The notes beneath the pieces are model-generated. The model saw nothing but the letters and a program-made list of their open reading frames with translations, was not told where the DNA came from and ran no database searches. Positions 10,058-18,789 of a stretch of 60,232 bases of DNA are shown here, piece by piece. Source of the stretch: Bdellovibrionales bacterium (GTDB lineage: Bacteria > Bdellovibrionota > Bdellovibrionia > Bdellovibrionales > UBA1609); the NCBI GenBank assembly GCA_038144835.1, contig JAYQON010000007.1:1-60232 (forward strand), read 5' to 3'. A program made the translations under genes and the position numbers. Within the stretch, counting starts at the first letter, position 1. Each line of letters starts with the position of its first letter.

Positions 10058-10981
10058 TTATATGCCCCCTTCGGCTTTACGTTTTTCAATTACACCTTTC
10101 ATAAAAAACTCTCCGGCACGATAAGAACTGCGGACTAGAGGCCCGCTAGCCACATACAAAAAGCCCATGCCCTCAGCTTCGGCCTGCCACTCTTTGAAAC
10201 GCTCCGGAGTAATGAACGACTCCACAGGCAAATGCCGCTTTTGTGGCTGTAAGTATTGACCAAAAGTCACTACATCACAATCAACCGATCTTAGATCGCG
10301 CAGACATTGGCGGACTTCTTCATCCGTTTCACCTAAGCCCAACATGATTGATGATTTAGTGTACCGAGTGTTGTCTCTTGCCTTCACAAATTCTAAAACG
10401 TCCAAGGACTGCCGATAACCCGCGCGTGGATCTCGCACTTTCGAAGTTAATCTTTCTACAGTCTCCACGTTATGCGCAAAAACATCGGGCCCAGCATCCA
10501 CGACTTGCGCAATACATTCGCGCTCACCTTTGAAATCAGGAGTGAGAACTTCAATGATCAACTTGCTATCCAGATTTTTCAACAAACGCACCGTCTGCGC
10601 AAAATGTTGGGAACCCTGATCTGGCAAATCATCGCGGTCGACGCTGGTGAGAACGAGATAATCAAGACCCATTTGGCTGACCGCATGCGCCACCTTGCTC
10701 GGCTCTTCCGGATCAAGAACACCCTTTGGATTTCCAGTTTTAACATTGCAAAAACGGCAACCCCGTGTGCAAACCTCACCCATCAGCATGATCGTGGCCG
10801 TGCCCCCACCCCAGCACTCACCAATGTTGGGGCATTGAGCCTCCTGACAAACTGTGGCCAGGTTCAGATCTTTGAACATTTCTTTCAACTGCATATAGCG
10901 TTCACCGGCTGGCGCGCGCATCTTGATCCAAGTAGGTTTCGGCAGCCTTTTGCGAGGAGCCTTAACTACAACCTCAGACAT
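10058..10981 (-). CDS. lipA: Lipoyl synthase
   Basis: CQEAQCPNIGEC plus CTRGCRFC, VRSSYRA; start MSEVVV follows a TAGGAG RBS. Confidence 0.96.
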   Translation of the reverse strand: MSEVVVKAPRKRLPKPTWIKMRAPAGERYMQLKEMFKDLNLATVCQEAQCPNIGECWGGGTATIMLMGEVCTRGCRFCNVKTGNPKGVLDPEEPSKVAHAVSQMGLDYLVLTSVDRDDLPDQGSQHFAQTVRLLKNLDSKLIIEVLTPDFKGERECIAQVVDAGPDVFAHNVETVERLTSKVRDPRAGYRQSLDVLEFVKARDNTRYTKSSIMLGLGETDEEVRQCLRDLRSVDCDVVTFGQYLQPQKRHLPVESFITPERFKEWQAEAEGMGFLYVASGPLVRSSYRAGEFFMKGVIEKRKAEGGI

Positions 10982-11089
10982 GGGGACTCCTAAAGAATTA
11001 TTGATTATGTTTTTAGTCATTCGAGTTGGAAAAGTCATTGGCGCAATGCAGAATGAGACATCCAAAACAATAGTTTAACTTTTCCTCCG

Positions 11090-11809
11090 ATGCAATTCCA
11101 AGATCCTCCAAAGTCAGCCGAATTTTTGAAGCGCTACAAACGTTTTTTCGCTGATGTAAGGCTTAAAAACGAAGTCATAGTCGCCCATGTTCCCAACACC
11201 GGTAGCCTAAAAGGTTGTCTGCTTGAGGGGGCCGACTGTGTTGTGACTGAGTCTTGCGACCCTGCTCGCAAGCTGAAAGCCACGCTGCAACTGGTGCGAA
11301 CCCCCACGTCCTGGGTGGGAGTGAACACGAACCTACCCAACCTCCTCGCGCAAGAAGCCTGGGAGTCTGGTCTAATTGAGGACTGGCGACCATTCAAAGC
11401 CTTGCGCCGTGAATACAAAATATCTGCTGAGAGCCGAATTGACCTAGCACTGGCTCCTTCGTCCGAGCAACTCACCAACAAAAAGGACCTTTATTTTGTG
11501 GAAATAAAGAATGTGACTTATGCTGATCAAGGTACGGCATTGTTCCCTGATGCGGTGACCACGCGGGGACAAAAGCATTTGTCCGATTTGATTCACTTAC
11601 GCCAATCAGGCTTTGGAGCCGAAATTCTATTTGTGATTCAACGTCAAGATTGCAGCCGATTCGCTCCTGCTGACGATATTGATCCAGAGTATGGCCGTCG
11701 CCTACGCGCGGCCCACTCCGCAGGGGTTCGCTTACGGGCATTGGTCTGCGATATTCAACCCGAATCTGGAATTTGTCTCACATCCACCGAATTACCTATC
11801 GAGCTCTAA
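11090..11809 (+). CDS. sfsA: DNA/RNA nuclease SfsA
   Basis: KRYKRFFAD, AHVPNTGSL, SRID, VEIKNVT, FPDAVTTRGQKHL. Confidence 0.95.
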   Translation: MQFQDPPKSAEFLKRYKRFFADVRLKNEVIVAHVPNTGSLKGCLLEGADCVVTESCDPARKLKATLQLVRTPTSWVGVNTNLPNLLAQEAWESGLIEDWRPFKALRREYKISAESRIDLALAPSSEQLTNKKDLYFVEIKNVTYADQGTALFPDAVTTRGQKHLSDLIHLRQSGFGAEILFVIQRQDCSRFAPADDIDPEYGRRLRAAHSAGVRLRALVCDIQPESGICLTSTELPIEL

Positions 11810-11871
11810 GCTCGAAATTTGAGCCAGACTCACTGGCTTTAGAGTATTTGACAACTAGTCTAGATAACCCC

Positions 11872-11900
11872 AAAAAAAAACGGCCCGGTTACCCGGGCCG
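11872..11900 (-). terminator. Intrinsic terminator of the dsbA-like gene
   Basis: Stem CGGCCCGG-ttac-CCGGGCCG with an A9 run on the + strand (U-tract on -). Confidence 0.85.
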
Positions 11901-11934
11901 TCTGAAAACAGCATTGTTGGGAAAAGCGTTGTCA

Positions 11935-12714
11935 CTAACCGCCCTTATTGAGGTGGCGATCAATGATCTTTTTGAATTCCGGAGGCGGATAAGCGCCCTT
12001 CAACGACACACCGTTGATCAGGAAGCCGGGAGTTCCGGAAAATTCGAATTTCTTCGCTTCTTCCATGTCCGCGGCAATGCGCTTTTGCACATCCTCGGAA
12101 TTCATATCCTTTTCAACTCTCTTTAGGTCCGCACCGACCTTTTTGGCGATATCTTTAAGAAACTTTTCACCGCCCTGATTTAGTCCCTGTTGATTATTGA
12201 AAATCTCATCGTGAAACTTCTCAGCTTTTTTATGGTCCTGCTTGGCGATAGCCTCAAAGTACTTAGCTGCAGGCATTGCCATCGGGTGAAAATCCAAGGG
12301 TAAGTGTTTGAATACTACCCGGACTTTATCACCATAATCCTGCATAATAGTTTTTACCGTCTGGTAACCGCGAGCACAGTAAGGACACTGAAAATCAGAA
12401 TATTCGATAATTGTAACTGGTGCATTTTTACTACCAAAAATCACGCGACCTTCTTCAACAACCGGCTGCTTAGGGCTCTTAAACTCTTCCTCTAAGCGAG
12501 TTTGTTCTTCTTTGGCTTCATCTTCGCGAGCCGTCTCTTGTGCCGTGCGCACAGCCTCGTTAACGACTTCAACAAACTTCTTCGGATTGTTCTTTATCGC
12601 ATTAAAAACAATATCAGGATTTTCTTGTATCGTTTTTTCAAGTTGCTGCTTCGAAGTGCAACCGGCCGCCGAGAGCAGGGCCACCAACATCAACAGTAGG
12701 GAAGGCTTTTTCAA
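11935..12714 (-). CDS. DsbA/BdbD-family thiol-disulfide oxidoreductase lipoprotein
   Basis: Lipobox AAGC, EYSDFQCPYC, GTPGF. Confidence 0.92.
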   Translation of the reverse strand: MKKPSLLLMLVALLSAAGCTSKQQLEKTIQENPDIVFNAIKNNPKKFVEVVNEAVRTAQETAREDEAKEEQTRLEEEFKSPKQPVVEEGRVIFGSKNAPVTIIEYSDFQCPYCARGYQTVKTIMQDYGDKVRVVFKHLPLDFHPMAMPAAKYFEAIAKQDHKKAEKFHDEIFNNQQGLNQGGEKFLKDIAKKVGADLKRVEKDMNSEDVQKRIAADMEEAKKFEFSGTPGFLINGVSLKGAYPPPEFKKIIDRHLNKGG

Positions 12715-12825
12715 GGGGAACTCCTTTTTAATTCGTTAACTAACCGCCATTCTGACACAGAGAAATTCAAGAGAGAAGCCATCTTATCGAAATTTAAAAG
12801 AGTTTATAGCTAGGTTTACGCGGCG

Positions 12826-12853
12826 TGGACAAAAGCCAAAGGTCGTGTAAAAT
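12826..12853 (+). promoter_or_regulatory. Putative sigma70 promoter (leaderless geometry)
   Basis: TGGACA-N16-TAAAAT, ending 7 nt before ATG 12861. Confidence 0.45.
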
Positions 12854-12860
12854 TTCAAAT

Positions 12861-13472
12861 ATGAAAAACCATTATCTTCAGCTCGCCCTATGTGTGGCCC
12901 TAATAATTCTTAGTTCCTCAGTTCATGCAGCGAACTACAAATATAGCGAGCTTATGATCAAAGACTACGATGAAATGCTCGCAATGGTTCAAGTATTTAC
13001 GCAAAAGGCCCAAAACATCCTCTCTAACTCAGAAAACAGTGGCGAGTCTGAAGCCATAGAACATCTACGGGAAGCCATGCGGCTCATCTATTCACGCCCA
13101 GATTCAGACAATATGGTCGCCAAGCTCATCCCCGAGATTCGTCGTGAGTTGGTCAATTTCTCAGCCTTTGAAGACTCTGTCTCCATCATCTCGTCAGAAG
13201 CTCTCGCGAATGTTAAGAACACCAAAGCGGCACTCAGCGTTCAAGCAACATCCCTGTTTATTCTGGAAAATATTCTTGCGCAGATTCAACCAGAAATAGG
13301 TACTAAACCAGCGCTGCGCCGAATCGCCGAGTCCATTCGTGATGCTAATATTCAAGTTTCCCTTGATATAATCAAAGAACGTAAGACGCGCGGGATGTTC
13401 AAAACCCCTAATCCTTCAGAAATCGCCCAAAGTATGCTCAAGAAGGTCACACCTTCAAAATCTAAAAAGTAG
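12861..13472 (+). CDS. Exported helical hypothetical protein
   Basis: Signal peptide MKNHYLQLALCVALIILSSSVHA; no recognisable family. Confidence 0.75.
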   Translation: MKNHYLQLALCVALIILSSSVHAANYKYSELMIKDYDEMLAMVQVFTQKAQNILSNSENSGESEAIEHLREAMRLIYSRPDSDNMVAKLIPEIRRELVNFSAFEDSVSIISSEALANVKNTKAALSVQATSLFILENILAQIQPEIGTKPALRRIAESIRDANIQVSLDIIKERKTRGMFKTPNPSEIAQSMLKKVTPSKSKK

Positions 13473-13986
13473 ACTCTGCCTCTCTCTGCAGAATGAACTT
13501 GTACTCAAGCGCGACCCCAGGACTCTCTTGCATGCGGATCAGGATCTCATTTTGACCTGGTTGCAAAGGGATGTAATCGGTCGTCAGATTCTCCGATGAC
13601 ATTGCACTAAAAACCGTGGCGGTGTGACCGTTGGCCAGATTACGGACGGAAATTTTCTCTGCATCACGTTTTCCCAAACACGGGCGGCCAGAGAGACGCA
13701 CCCAGCGACTTCTGACTCGACGTTCAGGAGCATCGCGCAAATCCCAACACCGCATTTCCAAAGTATCCATACGGATGGGCTCAGTGATCCGTGTTTCTCC
13801 ACCAAAAACATTGTGCGGAAGTTCTGACGGCAAACTCGCGGGCAAACGCACTAACGAAGTCAGCGGATCAATGACAGGGGCATCGGGCCGGGTAGCAAAC
13901 AAAAAGCTAATAAAGACCCAAGAAGTGCCCATGAGCACCACTAAGGTTATCTTTAAAAGTGCCAATTGCACCTGGTTTCGATCCAT
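13462..13986 (-). CDS. Membrane-anchored hypothetical protein with C-terminal beta-sandwich-like domain
   Basis: N-terminal TM; two Cys; DYIPLQPGQNEILI is Ig-like; GCCGATGA sigma28-like -10 lies just upstream. Confidence 0.65.
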   Translation of the reverse strand: MDRNQVQLALLKITLVVLMGTSWVFISFLFATRPDAPVIDPLTSLVRLPASLPSELPHNVFGGETRITEPIRMDTLEMRCWDLRDAPERRVRSRWVRLSGRPCLGKRDAEKISVRNLANGHTATVFSAMSSENLTTDYIPLQPGQNEILIRMQESPGVALEYKFILQREAESTF

Positions 13987-14086
13987 ACGAGCTCATCGGC
14001 AAAATCGCGTCGAGAGCGAATGAGCGAAAATCCAGTTTTGTCTTAAGGTCTAAAATTGAAACGTCTTGCTTTGAGACATACGCCGC

Positions 14087-14908
14087 TCAATTGGTCCAAG
14101 AAAAACCTAAGAGTAGCAAATCCTGCTGAACCGTCGGCCCCGCCTTCAGTGTGTCTTTGGATGCTGTAACGGAAGCGCTCAAACTTTGCGACATACGCCG
14201 CGAAAAAACCAGTTGATAAATTCCATCTTCACTTTTGTGAACAAAACTTCCGCGAACTCGAGGCGTAAAACCATAGCCGAATGTATAAATCACTTCCTCA
14301 GGTTTAGAAATAACGCCATTCATCTGAACGCGCACTCGAGATTCAACTTCATAGGGGTTATCTAAACGAATATCCATGCTTGGGCCTGCAAAATTGTATT
14401 TCCAATGGATCTTATAGCCTTTGCGCACTTCCATATTGAGATTACTTACTTTGTCTTTAAATTCATACACGGGGCGGATATCGGGATCATTTTTGGCCCA
14501 ATTATCGATGTGATACTCAGTCAATCGACGACCCATATACTCGGCAAATTGACGCTGATAGGTCTGGTACTGTTGAAGCGTGACGTTACGATCGGTGAAA
14601 TACTTGTATTCGTCGTACTGACCGGGAGAGTTGATCACTTGCTCTGCTTGAGTCTGTCCAAAGCGATACTGATACTGCTGTTGAAATTCGCGCGTGAGTT
14701 TTTCATTGACGATGATTTCACTCAGCGGCTTGCGCGGATCTTTAGGTCGCTCCAGCATGACCATTTCTATATCGCGTCGGTTTTTTTCTTCCTGCACATC
14801 AAAAACATAGCCATAATGCGCTCCAAAAGGTTGCGCCTCGTCGGGAGCTTCGGCGAGGCTAAAATGCGGCAACAAGGTGACTAATATGGCAGCGCGCCAA
14901 GGGCCCAT
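14087..14908 (-). CDS. Exported hypothetical protein, probable outer-membrane beta-barrel C-terminus
   Basis: Signal peptide (SLA-E); alternating beta-strand pattern ending LLLGFSWTN. Confidence 0.7.
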   Translation of the reverse strand: MGPWRAAILVTLLPHFSLAEAPDEAQPFGAHYGYVFDVQEEKNRRDIEMVMLERPKDPRKPLSEIIVNEKLTREFQQQYQYRFGQTQAEQVINSPGQYDEYKYFTDRNVTLQQYQTYQRQFAEYMGRRLTEYHIDNWAKNDPDIRPVYEFKDKVSNLNMEVRKGYKIHWKYNFAGPSMDIRLDNPYEVESRVRVQMNGVISKPEEVIYTFGYGFTPRVRGSFVHKSEDGIYQLVFSRRMSQSLSASVTASKDTLKAGPTVQQDLLLLGFSWTN

Positions 14909-14931
14909 AGAGTCCTTTCAAGAACTCATTT

Positions 14932-14940
14932 ATTATAACA
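14932..14940 (-). promoter_or_regulatory. Extended -10 sigma70 promoter
   Basis: Minus strand TGTTATAAT (TGn-TATAAT), 23 nt upstream of ATG 14908. Confidence 0.55.
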
Positions 14941-14992
14941 TAAATATCTGAAATCCTTTGACTGTGTCTTAACTTGAGACATTTATAGAGCC

Positions 14993-15619
14993 ATGTCCTT
15001 AAGAGCTCGCAATGAGGCCCACCTGATCCGCCGCATTTGGCATTTTTGCGGTGTCATGGCGATGTTCGCCTTTTACTGTTTTGTATCTCAAAAACAGGCG
15101 TTGACCACGGCGCTCGTAGTTTCCTCTGTCATGATTTCACTCGACGTGGTCAGGCTTTATATCCCTAAATTTAATCGCTTTTTTATTTGGCTTTTTCGCC
15201 GCATTATTCGTGATAGCGAGACCCACAGAATTTCGGGCATCTCGTTTATGCTCGTGGGTGTGACTCTCATCGTGTTTGCCTTTCCCAAAAACGTAGTACT
15301 CCTCACGCTGCTTTTCGTGGCGTTGGCCGATCCTATGGCCAGCGAAATCGGTATTCGCTTCGGCAAAGACAAATTGATAGGTCAAAAATCCCTACAAGGC
15401 AGTCTTGCAGCGTTTTGCACATGCTTTGTGCTCGCTTTGGGTTTTTTTATTTATTTCGATCTCATGCGGGAACGCTTGTTCATCGTTTCTCTTTTGGCGG
15501 GAATAATAGGTGCATTTTCAGAACTTGTGCCTATCGGCAAACTAGATGATAACTTTGTATTCCCGGTGTTGAGTGCAATTTTGTTGACCGGGTTAATGAT
15601 TATTTTTGGAGGTCTGTAA
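14993..15619 (+). CDS. Diacylglycerol/polyprenol (dolichol) kinase / CTP-transferase family membrane protein
   Basis: RRIWHF, ADPMASEIG, KSLQGSLA, LDDN; multiple TMs. Confidence 0.85.
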   Translation: MSLRARNEAHLIRRIWHFCGVMAMFAFYCFVSQKQALTTALVVSSVMISLDVVRLYIPKFNRFFIWLFRRIIRDSETHRISGISFMLVGVTLIVFAFPKNVVLLTLLFVALADPMASEIGIRFGKDKLIGQKSLQGSLAAFCTCFVLALGFFIYFDLMRERLFIVSLLAGIIGAFSELVPIGKLDDNFVFPVLSAILLTGLMIIFGGL

Positions 15620-15621
15620 AA

Positions 15622-16434
15622 ATGCAGGCACCTGTTGACTCTCTTCCGACTCGACGCCGCGTGGGTATGTACATCTACGTATTGCCGAACCTGCTCACCA
15701 CGGTGAATATGTTCTTCGGCTTTTTCGCAATCATTTACTCAATCAACGGAAACTTTACCTGGGCCGCCTACGCGATCGTGATTGCTGCTATCTTCGATCA
15801 ACTCGATGGCCGAGTGGCACGTATCACCAACGCCACTAGCCGCTTTGGCGCCGAATATGATTCGCTGAGCGATTTGGTCAGCTTCGGACTGGCTCCGGGT
15901 CTCATGCTTTTTTTGTGGTCACTAGAACCTTTCGGCCGCATCGGCTGGCTCGCCAGCTTTTTCTACGTGGCTTGTGGAGCTTTGCGTTTAGCCCGTTTTA
16001 ACGTGCAAAGTAGTTCGGTCGAAAAAGCCTATTTCCAAGGTTTGCCTATTCCCATGGCTGCGGGCATCGTGGCCTCTTCCGTTTTGGCTTTCCAGGATCT
16101 TGAGCTCGATGCCACCCGATCCTGGGGCTTGCTCACCATGACTTTTCTGTTGGGCTTTGTGATGGTGTCTAATTTTCGTTACCGCAGTTTTAAGGATATT
16201 GATTTCCGCCATCGCTTACCCTTCAAATATCTCGTGGGTGGAGTTTTTCTTCTGATCATGGTAGCCATTCGCCCCGAAGCCACACTCTTCGTTCTATTTT
16301 TGAGTTATGCAACTCTGGGCGCCGTATTCGGAATTTGGCGCCTCGGTAGCCGTCATCCACGCAACATTAAACCTTACTCCCCCGATAACGGGGATTTGCA
16401 TGAAGTTGTAGAAGAACATGAATCGCAGTCTTAA
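15622..16434 (+). CDS. pssA: CDP-diacylglycerol--serine O-phosphatidyltransferase
   Basis: LPNLLT, DQLDGRVAR, GAEYDSLSDLVSFG, LRLARFN, FQGLP. Confidence 0.95.
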   Translation: MQAPVDSLPTRRRVGMYIYVLPNLLTTVNMFFGFFAIIYSINGNFTWAAYAIVIAAIFDQLDGRVARITNATSRFGAEYDSLSDLVSFGLAPGLMLFLWSLEPFGRIGWLASFFYVACGALRLARFNVQSSSVEKAYFQGLPIPMAAGIVASSVLAFQDLELDATRSWGLLTMTFLLGFVMVSNFRYRSFKDIDFRHRLPFKYLVGGVFLLIMVAIRPEATLFVLFLSYATLGAVFGIWRLGSRHPRNIKPYSPDNGDLHEVVEEHESQS

Positions 16435-17440
16435 TGTTGGCGTTGTCGGCGCTACAGGAATGGTCGGCGAGATTTTCCTGAAACTTCTCGAAGAACGCTT
16501 TTTTCCTGTCCATCAGCTTAAGCTTTTCGCCAGTGAGCGCTCCCAAGGACAAAAGCTTGAGTTCTCAGGCCGCCAGGTTCCTATTTCTGGCTTAGAGTCC
16601 GGTTGCTTCCGGGGTCTCGATCTTGTTTTTTTCTCAAGTGGAGACGAGATTTCCGCGGAGTGGGCACCCAGGGCCGTAAATGAGGGAGCGGTGGCAGTTG
16701 ATAACTCAGCAGCTTTTCGCACGGATGCGAGCAAATTATTGATCGTTCCCGAGGTCAATGGACACTTAATCCCCAAAGGAAATGATCCCATTCTGATTGC
16801 CAATCCGAATTGCTCCACGATCCAGCTAGTTGTAGCTCTAAACCCCCTCATGAAAGACTTTGGTCTAGAATCTGTCCACGTCGCAACCTATCAGGCCGTC
16901 AGTGGCGCCGGCCGTGGTGGACAAGAGGAGCTTTCTGCTCAACTGCAAAATTGGCTCGAAAAAAAGCAACTCCACAATCCACAAGTCTTTCCACACTTAA
17001 TCGCCATGAACGCGATTCCTCAAATCGGATCATTCAATGAGAACGGATTTTGTTCAGAAGAATTAAAGATCATGCGTGAAACTAAAAAAATTTTGGGACA
17101 AACCAGTTTACGTGTGAGTGCTGTGACTGTTCGAATTCCCGCATGGAACGCTCATTCCGAGGCCGTTTGGGTAAGGCTCAAGACAGTGGCTACTAGGGAA
17201 CAAATCATCAGCAGCCTAGGCCGTCAGGCTGGACTCACAGTTCACGAATCCGCCCAAAGCTACCCCACAGCTCTTAATTGCAGTGGCAAGAATGCCGTGG
17301 CAATCGGGCGCATCCATCAGGACCTCGACGATCCACAATCGTGGATTTTCTGGGTCGTGGCAGACAATTTACGCAAAGGGGCTGCTTTAAATGGTATCCA
17401 AATCGCCGAGAGGATTTTTGACATAAACTCTACCCCATGA
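16418..17440 (+). CDS. asd: Aspartate-semialdehyde dehydrogenase
   Basis: GATGMVG, DNSAAFR, ANPNCST, TYQAVSGAG, DNLRKGAALN. Confidence 0.96.
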   Translation: MNRSLNVGVVGATGMVGEIFLKLLEERFFPVHQLKLFASERSQGQKLEFSGRQVPISGLESGCFRGLDLVFFSSGDEISAEWAPRAVNEGAVAVDNSAAFRTDASKLLIVPEVNGHLIPKGNDPILIANPNCSTIQLVVALNPLMKDFGLESVHVATYQAVSGAGRGGQEELSAQLQNWLEKKQLHNPQVFPHLIAMNAIPQIGSFNENGFCSEELKIMRETKKILGQTSLRVSAVTVRIPAWNAHSEAVWVRLKTVATREQIISSLGRQAGLTVHESAQSYPTALNCSGKNAVAIGRIHQDLDDPQSWIFWVVADNLRKGAALNGIQIAERIFDINSTP

Positions 17441-17451
17441 TGTCATGGGGT

Positions 17452-18789
17452 ATGCGGCGATTTTTTTTCTTAAACACTGTACCTCTTTTGTTATGGACGT
17501 CGTCAGCTTTAGGGTTAAGTGTCACTGGTGTTTCAGGCGCATCAGCCTACACAACGACGGGCACCGTCACTATTTATGGTGGGGCTGCAGGAAACGATTG
17601 TTCAGCTACCGCCGCCACGACCAGTTCGACCTGCAATAGCTGTGAACCCTCACTCATGAACTGTGATACGGCTCCTTTGTGCGCATGCAATCAAACCCGC
17701 ATTTACGACAATCTCGTGCTAACCCTTGCCCTAAATAAGAACGAAAGCAACACGGCAAATGCGATTGTTACAAAGGCACAAGACAACTCAGTTCTCGCAC
17801 TGACCAACAGCATTAACGGCGGCAATTCCGTCAGTCTAACCTGGAACACCTTGTGCGTCGCCATGGGTAACTCCAGTTGCTCCTCAGTTACGGGAACTAC
17901 CACTAACACAATCACTTTGCGCATCGTCATCGATAAGGACGGCAACAACGCCAACACCACCAATGAGGAAAGCGTGGATGTCGTGATTAAAATCTATGAC
18001 CCAGGCGCAACCGATTTTAACGTCTACGGAGTAGGGGCTGGAACCGCGGGTATCAGTCAATTCACTCCCTACCCTGGCGATGAAAAAATATTTTTGGAGG
18101 ACATCTCTGGTGAGAGCGGCTTTCCAATCATGGGTTATTCGGGAGCCAAAGCTAAAGCCGTACGAGTTTTTATGTCAGACACAAAAATGGCTGACGCGGC
18201 ACCGGGCTCAGGCCTCGAAAGTGAAGATCTAAGTGTTGTGGATGACGGCGCCAATTTACTTAATAACGTTGTCGACGGATTAACCAACGGCACAACCTAT
18301 GCCTTTCGCATCGCTCTCGTCGACGAAGCCAACAACATCGTTCAATTTTTCCCTCCCGCCAACAGCGGAACTTGTGACAATACACCCTGGGATACATCGG
18401 ACTGTCGATACATCGCCACTCCCGATCAAGTACTTGGACTTCTAACTGAAGATATGAATTGCTTTATCGCCACTGCGGCCGTTGGCAGCTCGCTTGAGCC
18501 GCGACTTAAACTTTTGCGTCTGTTCCGCAATAAAATTCTTCTACGTTATCGATGGGGCGTCGATTTTGTTAACAGCTATTACAAGTATGGGCCGCTCGCC
18601 GCACGCTACATTCAAGAACATGAGTGGCTGAAGCCCGCGGTTCGCGCAGCTCTTTGGCCCATTCTCGCTTTGAGTTGGCTGGCATTGCAAATTGGCCTAA
18701 TGCCCTCAATTCTTGTAACTCTTTTGTTGTTAGGAGTTTGTTGGGTCCCCGCATTCTGCTGGTTGAGGAGAAGATCCGCACGTGCTTAA
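17452..18789 (+). CDS. Cys-rich, FN3-like surface protein with CFI-box-CTERM sorting domain
   Basis: Signal peptide; Cys/Thr-rich N-terminus; PGDEKI...DGLTNGTTYAFRIALVD (FN3-like); CFIATAAVGS...FRNKIL...FVNSYYKYGP, then TM and basic tail. Confidence 0.8.
   Translation: MRRFFFLNTVPLLLWTSSALGLSVTGVSGASAYTTTGTVTIYGGAAGNDCSATAATTSSTCNSCEPSLMNCDTAPLCACNQTRIYDNLVLTLALNKNESNTANAIVTKAQDNSVLALTNSINGGNSVSLTWNTLCVAMGNSSCSSVTGTTTNTITLRIVIDKDGNNANTTNEESVDVVIKIYDPGATDFNVYGVGAGTAGISQFTPYPGDEKIFLEDISGESGFPIMGYSGAKAKAVRVFMSDTKMADAAPGSGLESEDLSVVDDGANLLNNVVDGLTNGTTYAFRIALVDEANNIVQFFPPANSGTCDNTPWDTSDCRYIATPDQVLGLLTEDMNCFIATAAVGSSLEPRLKLLRLFRNKILLRYRWGVDFVNSYYKYGPLAARYIQEHEWLKPAVRAALWPILALSWLALQIGLMPSILVTLLLLGVCWVPAFCWLRRRSARA

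Noticed and set aside
8629-10993. Antisense and alternate-frame ORFs of 60-175 aa here and throughout the window
   Set aside because: They shadow well-supported genes and have no recognisable motifs.
11090-11809. SfsA nuclease as part of a defence system
   Set aside because: Stand-alone conserved gene with no methylase, toxin or other defence neighbours.
14925-14960. TTATGTTATAA on the minus strand resembling a XerD arm of a dif site
   Set aside because: No XerC arm at the 6-bp spacing; better explained as an extended -10 (TGTTATAAT).
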